Source: Sphyrna mokarran (Eukaryota). Taken from it: a stretch of DNA of 64,000 nt. The notes under the pieces were generated by a model, which searched no databases, was not told where the DNA came from, and worked only from the letters and a program-made list of their open reading frames with translations. The stretch spans positions 108,500,001 to 108,564,000 of the forward strand of contig JAGIQG010000007.1 in NCBI GenBank assembly GCA_024679065.1, written 5' to 3'. The position numbers and the translations under genes are program-made. Position 1 is the stretch's first letter. The number at the start of each line of letters is the position of its first letter. Shown one piece after another: positions 37,321 through 49,965 of this stretch.

Positions 37321-38385
37321 CTTAAACCTTTTGGCATAGGTTTTCACCCTCTGGCACCGTCTGTCACTCTCCAAAACAGTCTCTCACTCTCTAAAACAGT
37401 TGCTAACTTGCCAGTAAAATATGACTGCAGCAAGAATGCTGGTCATAATCAGCCCAGGTATATATAACTTTTTCAATTTGTTCTTTAACTCATTCTGGGC
37501 CGGGGAGGGGGGTGGTGGTGAAGAAGTGCTATTGCGGACCCGACAACAATCTATTGACTTTCGTTGTCAAGTGCATTTCTACCTCCCCTGTCCCTTCATC
37601 CACCCCCCTCCCAACACCTCTGTACACAACTCCCCTTATTGCAATCTCTCCTCATTTCCCACTTACAATCATTCTTTAGCTATCTATGAATCTGACTAGA
37701 ATTTGAATCATCTACCACTTTTAAGCAGGAGTCATTGTTGGAATATGTAGTTGAGCCCTGGTGCTCACCTCAGTCTCCTGTTCCGTGAATTTCAGGCAGC
37801 TTGATCCCCACTTTAACATTGCAAAACCCTGTATAAATACAGTACTTTTTTGTGCTTTTTATATTCAGTTTGATTCTCTGTTATTTAGGAATCTCATATT
37901 TATCATAAACTTTGGTTTTCTGTCCCACAATGTCTTGTACTTGTGTCTTGCCCATTCACTGGGTGCTATTTTACCATTTTGATTCCAAGTGTTGGCTGGA
38001 TTTGAAATTGGAAGTATTTCAGATCTGACTTTTAGACTGTTCTCAGGCGTCCTATACACACTTCAGCTGAAAAACTGTGAGCAATTCTGAATTGCGTTGC
38101 AGAAGCCTGTGGGTGGGGTTTAACATGCCCGAAATCCTGCACCTCCGATTGGCACCTTCAATTGCACATGTACAGAAATAAAGAGCTGGAATGCGGCTCC
38201 CCTGTCACATCGCTCCCGACCAGCTAATGCCTCCCTCTGACCCTCACAGATATTGCTCCATCCCCACAAGTAATCCCACAAGATTACTCTCCCTCACCAC
38301 CCAGACTGATTGCGGGCCCCTCCCCTCTTATGCCCCCCACGAATCTCAGCCAGAGTGGAAGTGGACTCCCTCCTTCTCCCTCACT

Positions 38386-39708
38386 GGTCACAGGCAGAGT
38401 GACAGCAGACCTCGCTTCACTATCATTGATCACAGGCAGAGTGACAGCAGACCTCGCTTCACCATCATTGATCACAGGCAGAGTGACAGCAGACCTCGCT
38501 TCACTATCATTGATCACAGGCAGAGTGACAGCGGACCCTGCTTCCCCATCACTGATCACAGGCAGAGTGACAGCGGACCCTACTTCCCCATCATTGATCA
38601 CAGGCAGAGTGACAGCAGACCCTGCTTCACCATCACTGATCACAGGCAGAGTGACAGCGGACCCTGCTTCCCCATCATTGATCACAGGCAGAGTGACAGC
38701 AGACCCTGCTTCCCCATCACTGATCACAGGCAGAGTGACAGCGGACCCTGCTTCCCCATCACTGATCACAGGCAGAGTGACAGCGGACCCTGCTTCCCCA
38801 TCACTGATCACAGGCAGAGTGACAGCGGACCCTGCTTCCCCATCACTGATCACAGGCAGAGTGACAGCGGACCCTGCTTCCCCATCACTGATCACAGGCA
38901 GAGTGACAGCGGACCCTGCTTCCCCATCACTGATCACAGGCAGAGTGACAGCGGACCCTGCTTCCCCATCACTGATCACAGGCAGAGTGACAGCGGACCC
39001 TGCTTCCCCATCACTGATCACAGGCAGAGTGACAGCGGACCCTGCTTCCCCATCACTGATCACAGGCAGAGTGACAGCGGACCCTGCTTCCCCATCACTG
39101 ATCACAGGCAGAGTGACAGCGGACCCTGCTTCCCCATCACTGATCACAGGCAGAGTGACAGCGGACCCTGCTTCCCCATCACTGATCACAGGCAGAGTGA
39201 CAGCGGACCCTGCTTCCCCATCACTGATCACAGGCAGAGTGACAGCGGACCCTGCTTCCCCATCACTGATCACAGGCAGAGTGACAGCGGACCCTGCTTC
39301 CCCATCACTGATCACAGGCAGAGTGACAGCGGACCCTGCTTCCCCATCACTGATCACAGGCAGAGTGACAGCGGACCCTGCTTCCCCATCACTGATCACA
39401 GGCAGAGTGACAGCGGACCCTGCTTCCCCATCACTGATCACAGGCAGAGTGACAGCGGACCCTGCTTCCCCATCACTGATCACAGGCAGAGTGACAGCGG
39501 ACCCTGCTTCCCCATCACTGATCACAGGCAGAGTGACAGCGGACCCTGCTTCCCCATCACTGATCACAGGCAGAGTGACAATGGACCCTGCTTCACCATC
39601 ATTGATCACAGGCAGAATGACAGCGGACCCTGCTTGCCCATCATTGATCACAAGCAGAGTGACAGCGGATCGTGCTTCACTATCATTGATCACAGGCAGA
39701 GTGACAGC
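38386..39708. repeat. 42-bp minisatellite, 31.5 units
   Basis: Unit gatcacaggcagagtgacagcggaccctgcttccccatcact; 20 identical units at 38722-39561 and variant units at both edges. Confidence 0.98.
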
Positions 39709-40074
39709 CTTGCGCCCCCACTCATCTGGATGCTCGGCGCTTACCTCCTCATTATTGGAGCACATAATCAGACTTTTGTAGAGCATATCTGTTTTGCACC
39801 AAGTCTGGATAGGTGAACATGATGATAAAGGGGGAAATGCCAGTAAGATTGGGCGTACAGCCCCATTAAGTCAATTTAATTGCATGCAAATGATTTAAAT
39901 GGCCGTTGCGCCCATTTTGGGTACGATCCCAATTACAGCATTTTTGGGCCTTGGTAGAGGGAACCGGCACAGAGACGGGCACAAATCACGCTACTTGTCT
40001 CATGCCCAACTTTACCAAGTTTTTGCACTCAGAACTGGATGGTAAAATCAGGCTCACTGTATGTTAAAGATTTA

Positions 40075-40880
40075 GATGTTAGCTGAGAAAGCCACATGCC
40101 CAAGTTTGACAATGACCCAAATATGAACAGCACATGTAAAGCAGTGTAAATGAGAGCCTGATCTTACAAAGAATTATTAATCGATTAAATAATTAGGCTA
40201 AACTATGACAAATGGATTTCAGTGCAGGCAAGTATGAGTTCATCCACTTTGGATCTAACAAAGAAAGATCAGAGTACTTTCGAAAAGGCAAAAAACTAGA
40301 AGCGGTGGAAGTCCAAAAAGACATGAAGATCAAAGTAGCAAGATCATTAAAATGTCATGGATAATTAGAGAAAATATTCAAAGCGGGCTTCTATTTAGAG
40401 GACTTGAATGCAAAGAGATGGAAGTCGCTCTATAGCTATACAAAGTATTAGTTCAAAGACACCAGGTTAGTCTGTTATGCACACTTCAAAATTAGAAGGA
40501 ATATATTGGAATATATTGGCCTTGTTAGCAAGCGTAGCATATATTTGCTAGAACAATACCTGGACTTTTCAGGGTTAAGTTATGAGGAGAGTTTAAAAAA
40601 AAAGATATTTCACTAGCTGGTCAATCTAGGCCGAGGGGACATAGTCTAAAAATTACAACCAGATCTTTCAAGAGCAACATTTCTGTGTTAGGAAACACTT
40701 CTGCATACAGGTGCTAAAAGTTTGGTATTCTGTTCCATTAATAGCGTTTGAAGCTGTTTGGTCAAATGTTAATTTTAAATCTGAGATTGTCAGATTTCTC
40801 TAACAAAAGTGTCAAGGGATATGAGGAACAGATGGCTATAGAAAGCTAGCTCACACCTCAGCCATAATATCACTGAAGTG
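40075..40880 (+). mobile_element. Old CR1 RT C-terminal fragment
   Basis: KFDNDP, QMDFSAGKYEFIHFG, GLSYEESL and SRPRGHSLKI-like motifs. Confidence 0.7.
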
Positions 40881-40899
40881 CAAGAACTTTTCCCCATGG

Positions 40900-41740
40900 A
40901 GCTTTAGCTTTTGAAGCTCTTCCTCCCTCCACTTTGGAGAATATGTTCATTCTATACCCAAATCTCCTCCTCTTTAAAAGTCTTCATTGTGCAATTACTA
41001 TTTTGCCAATCGATTTTTTGATTGCAATCCATTAAAACCTGAATTGTTTTTAGCTCACTGAAATTAGCCATCCCTCAGTTGAGTATTTTTTTATTGTAGA
41101 TTGTTCATTGTCCATGTCTATCAATATACTGAATCTGATGGTATTATAACCATGGTTCCCCCATTGAAATATGCTCCACATGCTCTGTTCCATTCCCCAG
41201 GAATAGATCTATCACTGCTTCCTTTCTAATTGGGTAGGAAGCCTATTGCTTAAAAAAGTTCTCTTGTATGCATTGCGGAAATTCATTTCTCCTTTTCTTT
41301 GCCCTTTGTACTCTTATTGCCCCACAAAAAATTAGGATAGTTGAAATCCTACGTTATCACTACTTTGTAGCTTTTGCGTATTTCTATTCCTTTTTGCTGG
41401 CAAATTTGATCTTCTATTTCCTTTCCATTATTTGGTAACGTACAATATACATCAGGAATAAGATTATTCTTCAATTCTATTCAAATAAATTCAATCTTTT
41501 ATTCCTCAACTTTATTATACCTTTCTAGTGCTATAATAATTTGAGTGATTGTTAATGCCTTTCTTTTTTCTCTTGTCTTTCCTGACTGTTTTGTCGCTGA
41601 CAATACTAAGTTCTCAGTGGTCTCCCTGTTGAGCCAGGTCCCTGTTGCCTTCTGTCATAATATGATGTAACATTTTGTGTCTGCAGCTCTTCACCCATAT
41701 TTATCATGCAACCTGCATTTCTGTATCTGCATTTCAAACC
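40900..41740 (-). mobile_element. Old CR1 endonuclease-region fragment
   Basis: Minus strand YRNAGCMIN.GEELQ and VVIT*DFNYP-like motifs; very degenerate. Confidence 0.5.
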
Positions 41741-43029
41741 TATCTTAGCCTGCTGCCGCCCTTTGCTTGATCACTTCTACTTCTCAACTTTGCTTTAGAG
41801 CTTTTTCAATTCTCCCCGGTCTACAGTACGACCTTATTTCTCCTGTGTTATGTCTCACCTTTCTGTCACCCCCAGAGAAATTACTTTGCAATCATATTTG
41901 GATACTTTGAAAAGTGTGTTGTGAGTTCAGCTGCAATAACAGCCTTGTTTCTCTGAAACTTTGATGTTCTAGAAACAGCCAGTTTACAGAAATGGTACTT
42001 TCACGCATCTTTAAATTTAGTGTCCGTGCAAAGCTGAAACACTTTACATTGCACTAGGTCTGCCAAAAATACAAATATATATGGATTTTTTGTGACCTCA
42101 GGACATTCTAAAGTGCTGCTGTTGAAGTGTAGTCATTATGGCAATGTAGGAAAATGCAGTAGTCAGTTTGCCGGCAAAATCCCAGAGCAACAAAAAAAAT
42201 GATCAGATAATTCTGTTGGAATGTTGTTGACGGATGAAGCTATTGGCTAGAATATCAGTAAAATTCCTTGCTGTCCCTAGAATCATGCCTTGGGATCTTT
42301 TGAAGTTACCTAATGTCTCATTTGAAAGAGAACATCTCTAACAGTGCAGCACTCCTGCAGTACTGCTGTCAGGGAGGGGAATTTTAACAGGCAGAGGGAA
42401 GTAGATTTGAGTTATTGCCCAGAGTTAAATCCTGTAAAAGATGATGTTGGCTTGGAATTGGACATCACCCTGCCCTCCACTGGGTTTCACCCACATAAGA
42501 TCAGCTTTCTCAACTTGTGTGAGCACAGTGTCCAAGGGGCTCAAGTTTTCAGAGCAAGTTGTGGGTGACAGTGACTCCTAAAACAAGATGTCCTTTCCAG
42601 TCAACCAGGTGAGCGTATGTTGCCAGTGGCTATCAAGGTAGGTTGCCACAGGAAGGCCACCTGGCTTTCTGTCTCTCCCGGAAGTAATGTGTTCTCTTCT
42701 TCTGCAAGAAGAGAAAGAAGATAATTATGTTAGAAGTGGTTTGTGTGATGTGAAGAGATGGCAAGAGAGAGAAGCGATGAGTGACTGTGAAATAGGATGT
42801 CAATGAATGTAAGTGTTGGCTGTTCAAATGGACATATGGGGAGGTGCCTTGAGAGGGAAGGTGTAAGTTAAGCAATGAATCACGTGCGAATAAACTTACT
42901 ATAATCAGTTGCTCTTCCATGTGAAACTTTGTGATAGACATCAAGTCCGTTATAGTTTCAACAGTAACAAGTAAAGTCTTTGGTCTAACTTATTTCCACA
43001 TCCATCTGGGCAAAGGAAAGTTACATTTT

Positions 43030-43055
43030 TATATATATATATATTATATATATAT
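43030..43055. repeat. (TA)n microsatellite
   Basis: tatatatatatatattatatatatat. Confidence 0.9.
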
Positions 43056-43460
43056 GCACAAGTGAATGAGTCAGATGGACCTAAAATTATACCTGTGAAT
43101 GAATCTTAAATGCAAAACTTCAATTACTGAGAAATACATGACTACTTCTGACACCTGAAAAATATTCTTCATTGTGCTCATGAATAGTAATTAAATGTCC
43201 AAATGTTCAAAATCATGCATTATGTACGGAATGTCTAATGAATGACTGCTTATTGGTCCTATTTATGTCAAGTGAATATTGATGGTTTTTTTGAAATTGA
43301 GTTGCTTCTAGTTGCAAGAGTAAAATAAATTGTGCATCTATTCCAATCATATACTACTGATGTTGCAGCAACAAATTTGGACTGGAGAATGTTTTTATAA
43401 AATTTGGAATGGAACATCCTGATGATTATTGTTTACATTGAGCCAGATGTCTGGCTATTC

Positions 43461-45706
43461 ATAGAATCTCTACAGTGCCAAAGGAGGCTATTCAGCCTGT
43501 CAGTCTGCATTGACTTTCATAGAACATAGAACATTACAGCACAGAACAGGCCCTTCGGCCTTCGATGTTGCGCCGACCAATATAAAAAGCAATGACCCTC
43601 CAAATTAAACCATTCCCTTCTCTTCCATATACTTATCAACTAACATCTTAAACGCCACCGAACTTGGCGCATCTACAACTGCTGCAGGCAGGGCATTCCA
43701 CTCCCGAACCACCCTTTGGGTAAAGAACCTACCTCTGATATCCGTCCTATAACTATCACCCCTTAATTTAAAGCTGTGTCCCCTCGTGCTAGCTTTCTCC
43801 ATCCTAGAAAAAGGCTATCACTGTCCACCCTATCTAAACCTCTAATCATCTTATATGTTTCAATAAGATCCCCTCTTAGCCGCCTCCTTTCTAACGAAAA
43901 CAACCTCAAATCCCTCAGCCTCTCTTCATAAGACCTGCCCTCCATACCAGGCAACATCCTGGTAAACCTCCTCTGTACCCTCTCCAATGCCTCCACATCT
44001 TTCTTATAATGTGGGGACCAGAACTGCACACAATACTCCAAGTGCGGCCGCACTAGAGTTTTGTACAGTTGCAACATGATGCTGCGGCTCCGAAATTCAA
44101 TCCCCCTACCAATAAAAGTTAAGACTCCATATGCCTTCTTAACAACTTTATCCACTTGACTGCCTACTTTCAGGGATCTATTGACACATACACCAAGATC
44201 CTTCTGTTCCTCAACACTATTAAGAGCCCTACCATTAGCCCTATACTCTACACATTTATTGTTCCTGCCAAAGTGCATTACCTCACACTTTTCCACATTA
44301 AACTCCATTTGCCACCTCTCGGCCCAGCTCTGCAACTTGTCCAAGTCACTCTGTAAACTATAACACCCCTCTTCACTATCTACCACTCCTCCGACTTTAG
44401 TGTCATCTGCAAATTTACTGATCCATCCCTCAATACCCTCATCCAGATCATTTATAAAAATTACAAACAGCAGGGTCCCCAAAACAGACCCCTGAGGTAC
44501 ACCACTAGTCACCGAACTCCACGATGAATATCTCCCATCAACCACCACCCTCTGTCTTCTATCTGCTAGCCAATTCCTAATCCAATTAGCTAAATCACCC
44601 TCTATCCCATACATCTGCATTTTCTGCAGAAGTCTTCCATGGGCCACCTTATCAAACGCCTTACTAAAGTCCATATATACCACATCAACCGCCTTACCCC
44701 CATCCACCTCTTTGGTCACTTTTTCAAAAAACTCAATAAGGTTAGTAAGGCACGACCTACCCTTCACAAAACCATGCTGACTATCCCAATCAATTCATTT
44801 CTCTCTAAATAACTATAAATCCTATCCCTAATAATTCTCTCCAATAATTTGCCCACAACAGAAGTAAGACTCACTGGCCTATAATTCCCTGGAAGGTCTC
44901 TCTTCCCCTTCTTGAACAATGGGACCACATTCGCTATCCTCCAGTCCTCCGGAACCACACCCGTAACCAACGACGACCTGAAGATCAGAGCCAGAGGCTC
45001 TGCAATCTCCTCTCTTGCCTCCCAGAGAATCCTAGGGTAAATCCCGTCCGGCCCAGGGGACTTATCCAACTTCAAACCCTCGAGAATTTCTAGCACATCC
45101 TCCCTATCTACTACAATACTTCCCAATTTGCAACCCTGTACCTCAGTGTTCTCCATAGCTACATTTCCAGCACTCTGCGTGAATACCGAAGAGAAATATT
45201 TATTCAGTGCCTCACCAATCTCTTCAGGCTCCACGCACAACTTCCCACTGCTGTCTATGACTGGCCCTAATCTTGTCCTAACCAATCTTCTATTCTTAAC
45301 ATATCTGAAGAAAGCTTTAGGATTCTCCTTAATCCTATCAGCCAAAGTCTTCTCATGTCCCCTCTTCGCTCTCCTCAATTCACTCTTTAGCTCAAAGACA
45401 GAGCTAAAGGGTACTTTCTGACAGAGTACCTTACCCAGACCCACTCCTCTCACCCTATCCTCATAATCTCACATATATACGCTGATAATCCCACTAACCT
45501 ACACATCTTGGGGCACTAAGGAACAACTTACCATGGCTAATCCACCTAATCAGCACACTTTTCTCTCTATGAAGGAAACTGGAGCACCCAGAGCAAACCC
45601 ACGCAGACACGGACAGTTTGCAAACTCCATACAGTCACACAAGCTGTGAATCAAACTTAGGTCCCTGATGCTATCAGGTAGCAGTGCTAACTATTGTGCT
45701 ACCGTG
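43461..45706 (-). mobile_element. HE1-type V-SINE split by the CR1 at 43519-45412
   Basis: Tail at 43461-43518 and remainder at 45413-45706 join into one SINE; actttc is duplicated at the junctions. Confidence 0.8.
43519..45412 (-). mobile_element. Young 5'-truncated CR1 with complete RT domain, two frameshifts
   Basis: ORFs 44764-45453, 43763-44767 and 43605-43802: NYRPVSLTS, VYMDFSKAFDKV, GVPQGSVLG, FADDTK, HLEYCVQFWSP. TSD actttc at 43513-43518 and 45413-45418. Confidence 0.96.
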
Positions 45707-45799
45707 CAGGCTCATTGTAAACCGTTTTTAGTGAGTCATTTCAGGGACTTTCTGACACTAGGGAAATGATTGTAATATTGTCCATTTTGAAATTACTTC

Positions 45800-46220
45800 A
45801 CAAGATGTGCAAGTCGCTGGCTAGGTGAGCATTTTTATTGCCTATCTCTAATTGCCTTAAAGAAAGTGGTGGTGAGCTACTTGTTGAAATGCTGCAGTCC
45901 ATGTGGTTAGGCAAACCCATGGTGCTGCGCACAGCCAGTTAGAGGGAAGCAGTACTTTAGTGGTAATATCACAAGACTAGTTATCCAGAGGCCTAGGCAA
46001 ATGCTTTTGGGACACTATTTTGAATCCCTTTACAGCAGCTGGTGGAATTTAAATGCAGTTAACAAACTGGAATTAAAAAGCTAGTCCAGGTGATGGTGAA
46101 AGAATTGTTGTAAAGAGCCCTGTAGTTAACTAATGCCATGCTTGACCTAGTCTACATCTGACTCCAGAGCCACAACAATGTGATTGACTTTGAAATGGCC
46201 TCATAAGCCACTCCGTTGTC
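45800..46220. mobile_element. 3' tail (minus, 45800-45930) abutting the tRNA-like 5' head (plus, 45945-46220) of the LINE/SINE family at 53797-57327 and 8338-8710
   Basis: Tail gcatttttattgcctatctctaattgcc...gtggtggtgagc; head tagtggtaatatc...tgaatccc...ggtggaattt...tgactccagagccacaacaatgtg. Confidence 0.7.
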
Positions 46221-46342
46221 TCAAAAATCCTTTTAAGAAATTTAAGTTTATTGATTTGTTTTCAGAAACCTCATTATCATGCTGACAACTCTCTGTAAAT
46301 ATATTGAAAGATGTAGTTACAATCATTTGCGGATTGGATATC

Positions 46343-46556
46343 ACACACACCGTATTTTGCACAGCCTGCACCATGTGGGAATTCTTAGACGCTTCTTGCA
46401 GTCAGGATGAGTACATGTGCAGGAAGTGCCACAGGTTTGATCAGCTTGAGAGCTGAGTTTCAGAGTTTGAGAATCAGCTGGAGGCACAGCGGTGCATCCA
46501 CGAGGCTGAGAGCTTTGTGTATAGCACACTTTTAGATGTGGAGACTCTGCAGCTCA
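46343..46556 (+). mobile_element. CR1 ORF1 N-terminal zinc finger/leucine zipper fragment
   Basis: VFCTACTMWEFLD...DEYMCRKCHRFDQLES*VSEFENQLE; homologous to 63649 onward. Confidence 0.8.
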
Positions 46557-46569
46557 AGGAATTGCAATC

Positions 46570-47790
46570 AAATTGTTTACTTTGCAAATGCAAAGTCCCC
46601 AGGCCAAGCAGTTTGTTCCTGTCCTACTGTGTTGAGTGTGGATAGGCTTCCATTGAGAGTGGATTGGACATTCTTCTAATATGTGGTGCATAGTTTGCTC
46701 TTTCCTATAGGCACATAAGAGGCTGGCAGTAATGCCCCATCTGTGGAGTATGGCCAAACAGATGCCATAGTTGGTCTGAACCCATTGAGAATGGACCGCT
46801 CTTTCCTTGGAAGGTTAAAATCAGGCAGCAGTTATGTCCGGTTTGAGACCAGGTACTTGCTTGTCACGGCCAGTGATTCCTATTCATTTCTCTGGGTGGA
46901 ATTTCTAAATAAACAGTCTCATAGATATACTAGCAGACTTCTTCTAACATATGCTTCCGAGGATTTACTATATCGTATCCACAGGTCCCTATCACTGTGT
47001 TTGAACTGTTTGTCTGGTAATACCTGTGCAGTAAAGCTAGGACAGGCTGTTCCTCAGTCTTTGAGGGTTGGCTGATGTTTCAAGATTGCAGTTGTTGATT
47101 TGGGCTTCCCCTGACGTCTACATCTGATTCTGGTTTTCATGTCATCTGGCTGGGGTGGGTCTTCTGGGTCTGGTCAATCTTGCCACAAGGTGAAAGGAGC
47201 TGGAGATTGTGCTGTTCAGCTGCCAGTTGAAGGTGCTCTCTGGAGATGCCATTGAAGAAGGAACAAAAGCAGAGAGAACAGGGGCTTCAGATTCTCCCTT
47301 TTACCCCTCTCCTCATGCCCTTCCCAAAGATTTTGTGTCTTGTGTCCATTACTAGCATCGGGCAGGGGCTGGAAGATCCAATGAGGTGACTACTTTCCAT
47401 ATTTGGAGGTCACAGAACATGGTTTAAAATTGGCATCTGTCAAGTGCTGCCCTTGTAACTCTATGCCTCTGGCCTCCTGCTGAGCTGGATGCCACCATGT
47501 CTGGGTAGCATTCGTCTATCAAAACAGCCTCACTGGAGATGTAAACAGCGGTTCATTCAGTAAAAGTGTGCCGTTAGCACTTGGCCAGGTAGTTCCAGGC
47601 CTGTCTGGTTTCTATGGGAAATTGATTGTCCAAGATGTGACTGCTTAAATAGTATCTGTTCCAGCTCTGCAGTTTGCAAATTGCAGAACCAGCTAGTTTG
47701 AATTTTGACATCTTCATTTCGAGTTTTTACCCGTGCTCGTGAAAATCATATCAATATTTCTACAACAGTCTTTGGAATTATGGGTCACCT
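46570..47790 (-). mobile_element. Vingi/Ingi-like LINE C-terminal remnants
   Basis: LHRWGITASLLCAYRKEQTMHHILEECPIH (CCHC-like end) and RVKTRN...KLAGS near 47690-47735. Degenerate and probably interrupted. Confidence 0.5.
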
Positions 47791-47799
47791 GATCACAAG

Positions 47800-48968
47800 G
47801 GTGCAATCTCAACGAACAAATTTGACTGAATTGTTTGAGGAGGTGACGAGGTATGTAGGTGAGGGCAGTGCAGCTGCTGTAGTCTCAATGGACTTCAGTA
47901 AAGCCATTGACAAGGTCCCGCATTGGAGACTGATGAAGAAGGTAAGAGTCTATGAGATCCAGGGCATTTTGGCAAATTGGATCCATAATTGGCTTAGTGG
48001 CAGGAGACAGAGGGTGAAAGCTGAAGGTTGTTTGTTGGAACCTGAAGTGTATGTTCAATGGTATACCACAGGGATCAGTGCTGGGTTCCTTGCTGTTTGT
48101 TGTGTAAATTAATGATCTAGATGTGAATGTGAGGAGTATGATTAGCAAATTCACAGATGACACAAAAATTGGTGGTGTGGCAAATGGCAAGGAGAACGAC
48201 TTAGTCTACAGGATGATATAGATGGGCTGAAATTTAACTCTGAAAAATGTGAAGTGATGTAGTTTGGGAGGACCAAAAGGGCAAGGGAATGACTAGTAGA
48301 ACACAAAGAAGTGCAGAGGATCAGAGGGCCCTTAAGATGCAAAGATGTTCAAAGATCCCTAAAAACAATAGAGCAGGTAGTTAAGGTGTTAAGAAGGCAT
48401 ATGGAATACTTGTTTTTATTAGTTGAGGCACAGAAAATAAGAGCAGGGAGGTTATGATGGAGCTGCATAAAATGCTCATTAGGCCGCAGTTGGAGTACTG
48501 TTCAGTTCTATAAGAAGGATCTGATTGTATTAGAAAGGGTGCAAAGAAGATTCAGGGCGATAATTATGAAGACTGGCTGGTTAGGTTAGAGCAGAGAAGG
48601 CAAAAGGGAGACCTGATCAAGGCATACAAAATTACGAGGGACATAGATAGGATAGATAGAAAGGATCTTTTAGATGAATCAATATTCAGGGGCATAGATT
48701 TAAGATCAGGGGCAGGAGATTTCAAGAGGATATGATGAAATTTTTTTTCACCCAGAAGGTGGTTCAAATCGAAACTCTACCTGAAAAAGTGGTAGAGGTG
48801 GGAACCCTCACAGCATGCAAGAGACACTTAGATGACCGCTCGAAACACCATGGTATACAAAGCAACGTTCCAAATGCTGGAAAACAGGATCTAAAACGAT
48901 AGATGTATTATATACAGTGATGACAGGCTTAGCTAAAGGGCCTTCAGCCATGCTGTAGAACTCTATAA
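47800..48968 (+). mobile_element. Old CR1 RT to 3' UTR
   Basis: TNLTELFEEVT...MDFSKAIDKVPH, GIPQGSVLG, KFTDDTK, FFTQKVV. Confidence 0.88.
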
Positions 48969-49292
48969 CAGCTTGCAAATAGAAAACTGAATTGTCTAAT
49001 GTGACATTACTTTTCAATCTATGACCCACATCTGATTCATGCCAGGTTAATTGAACGGGCATCTTTCTGTATTAAAAACAGAATATGCTGGCAAAACTCA
49101 GCAGTTTTTGCAGCATCTTTCTGTATTGCCCTTGAGGATCTTACATATCTCTGGTTCCAAGTAGTTTCTGACTCAACACGAATCTAACTAAATTTTTGGC
49201 AAACGTTGGTGATCTTGTGAAGTACAGGCTTAAGAATGTCTTCATCAATGACCTTTCCCTCATCATACCATCAGAATGGGGATGTTAAAAAT

Positions 49293-49833
49293 ATAAGAAC
49301 TAAGAGCAGGTGTAGGCCATCTGGCCCCTCAAGCCTGTTCTGCCATTCAATAAGAAGATGGCTGATCTTTTTGTGGACTCAGCTCAACTTACCCACCCTC
49401 TCAACATAACACTTAATTCCTTTACTGTTAATCATTTACTGTTCAAAAATGTATCTATCCTTGCCTTAAAAACATTCAATAAGATAGTTTCAACTGCTTC
49501 ACTGGGCAGGGAATTCCACAGATTCACAATCGGCTGTGTGAAGAAGTTCCTCCTTTAATTCAGTCCTAAATCTGCTTCCCTTTATTTTGAAGTTATGCCC
49601 ACTAGTTCTAGTTTCACCCGCCAGTGGAAACAACTTCTTTGCTTTTATCTTATCTATTCCCTTCGTAATCTGATATGTTTCAATATGATCTCCCCTCGTT
49701 CTTCTGAATTCCATTGAGTATAGCCCCAGTCTACTCAGTCTCTCCTCATAAGCCAACCCTCTCAACTCCGGAATCAACCTAGTGAATCTCCTCTGCATCC
49801 CGTCCTGTGCCAGTACATCCTTTCTCAAGTAAT
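49293..49833 (-). mobile_element. CR1 3' fragment
   Basis: ORF 49499-49843 YLRKDVLA...MQRRFTRLIP...YEERLSRLGLYS. Confidence 0.88.
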
Positions 49834-49834
49834 G

Positions 49835-49965
49835 ATTGCACAATGCTCAATGCCATTCACAACTCCAGATACTGAAGCAATTTGTGCCAACTGTATCACG
49901 ACCTAGACAACATTTAGGTTTGGGGCTGATTAGTGGCAAGTAACATTTGTACCACATACATGCCA
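49835..49965 (+). mobile_element. RT fragment of the LINE family at 53797-57327
   Basis: DLDNI*V.AD*WQVTFVPHTCQ matches ADKWQVTFAPHKCQ. Confidence 0.7.

Noticed and set aside
38386-39708. CRISPR-like array
   Set aside because: Units are contiguous with no unique spacers, there are no cas genes, and the context is eukaryotic.
38191-39816. 541/500/483-aa ORFs as real genes
   Set aside because: Explained by a 42-bp unit lacking stops in three frames; no domain, splice or promoter support.
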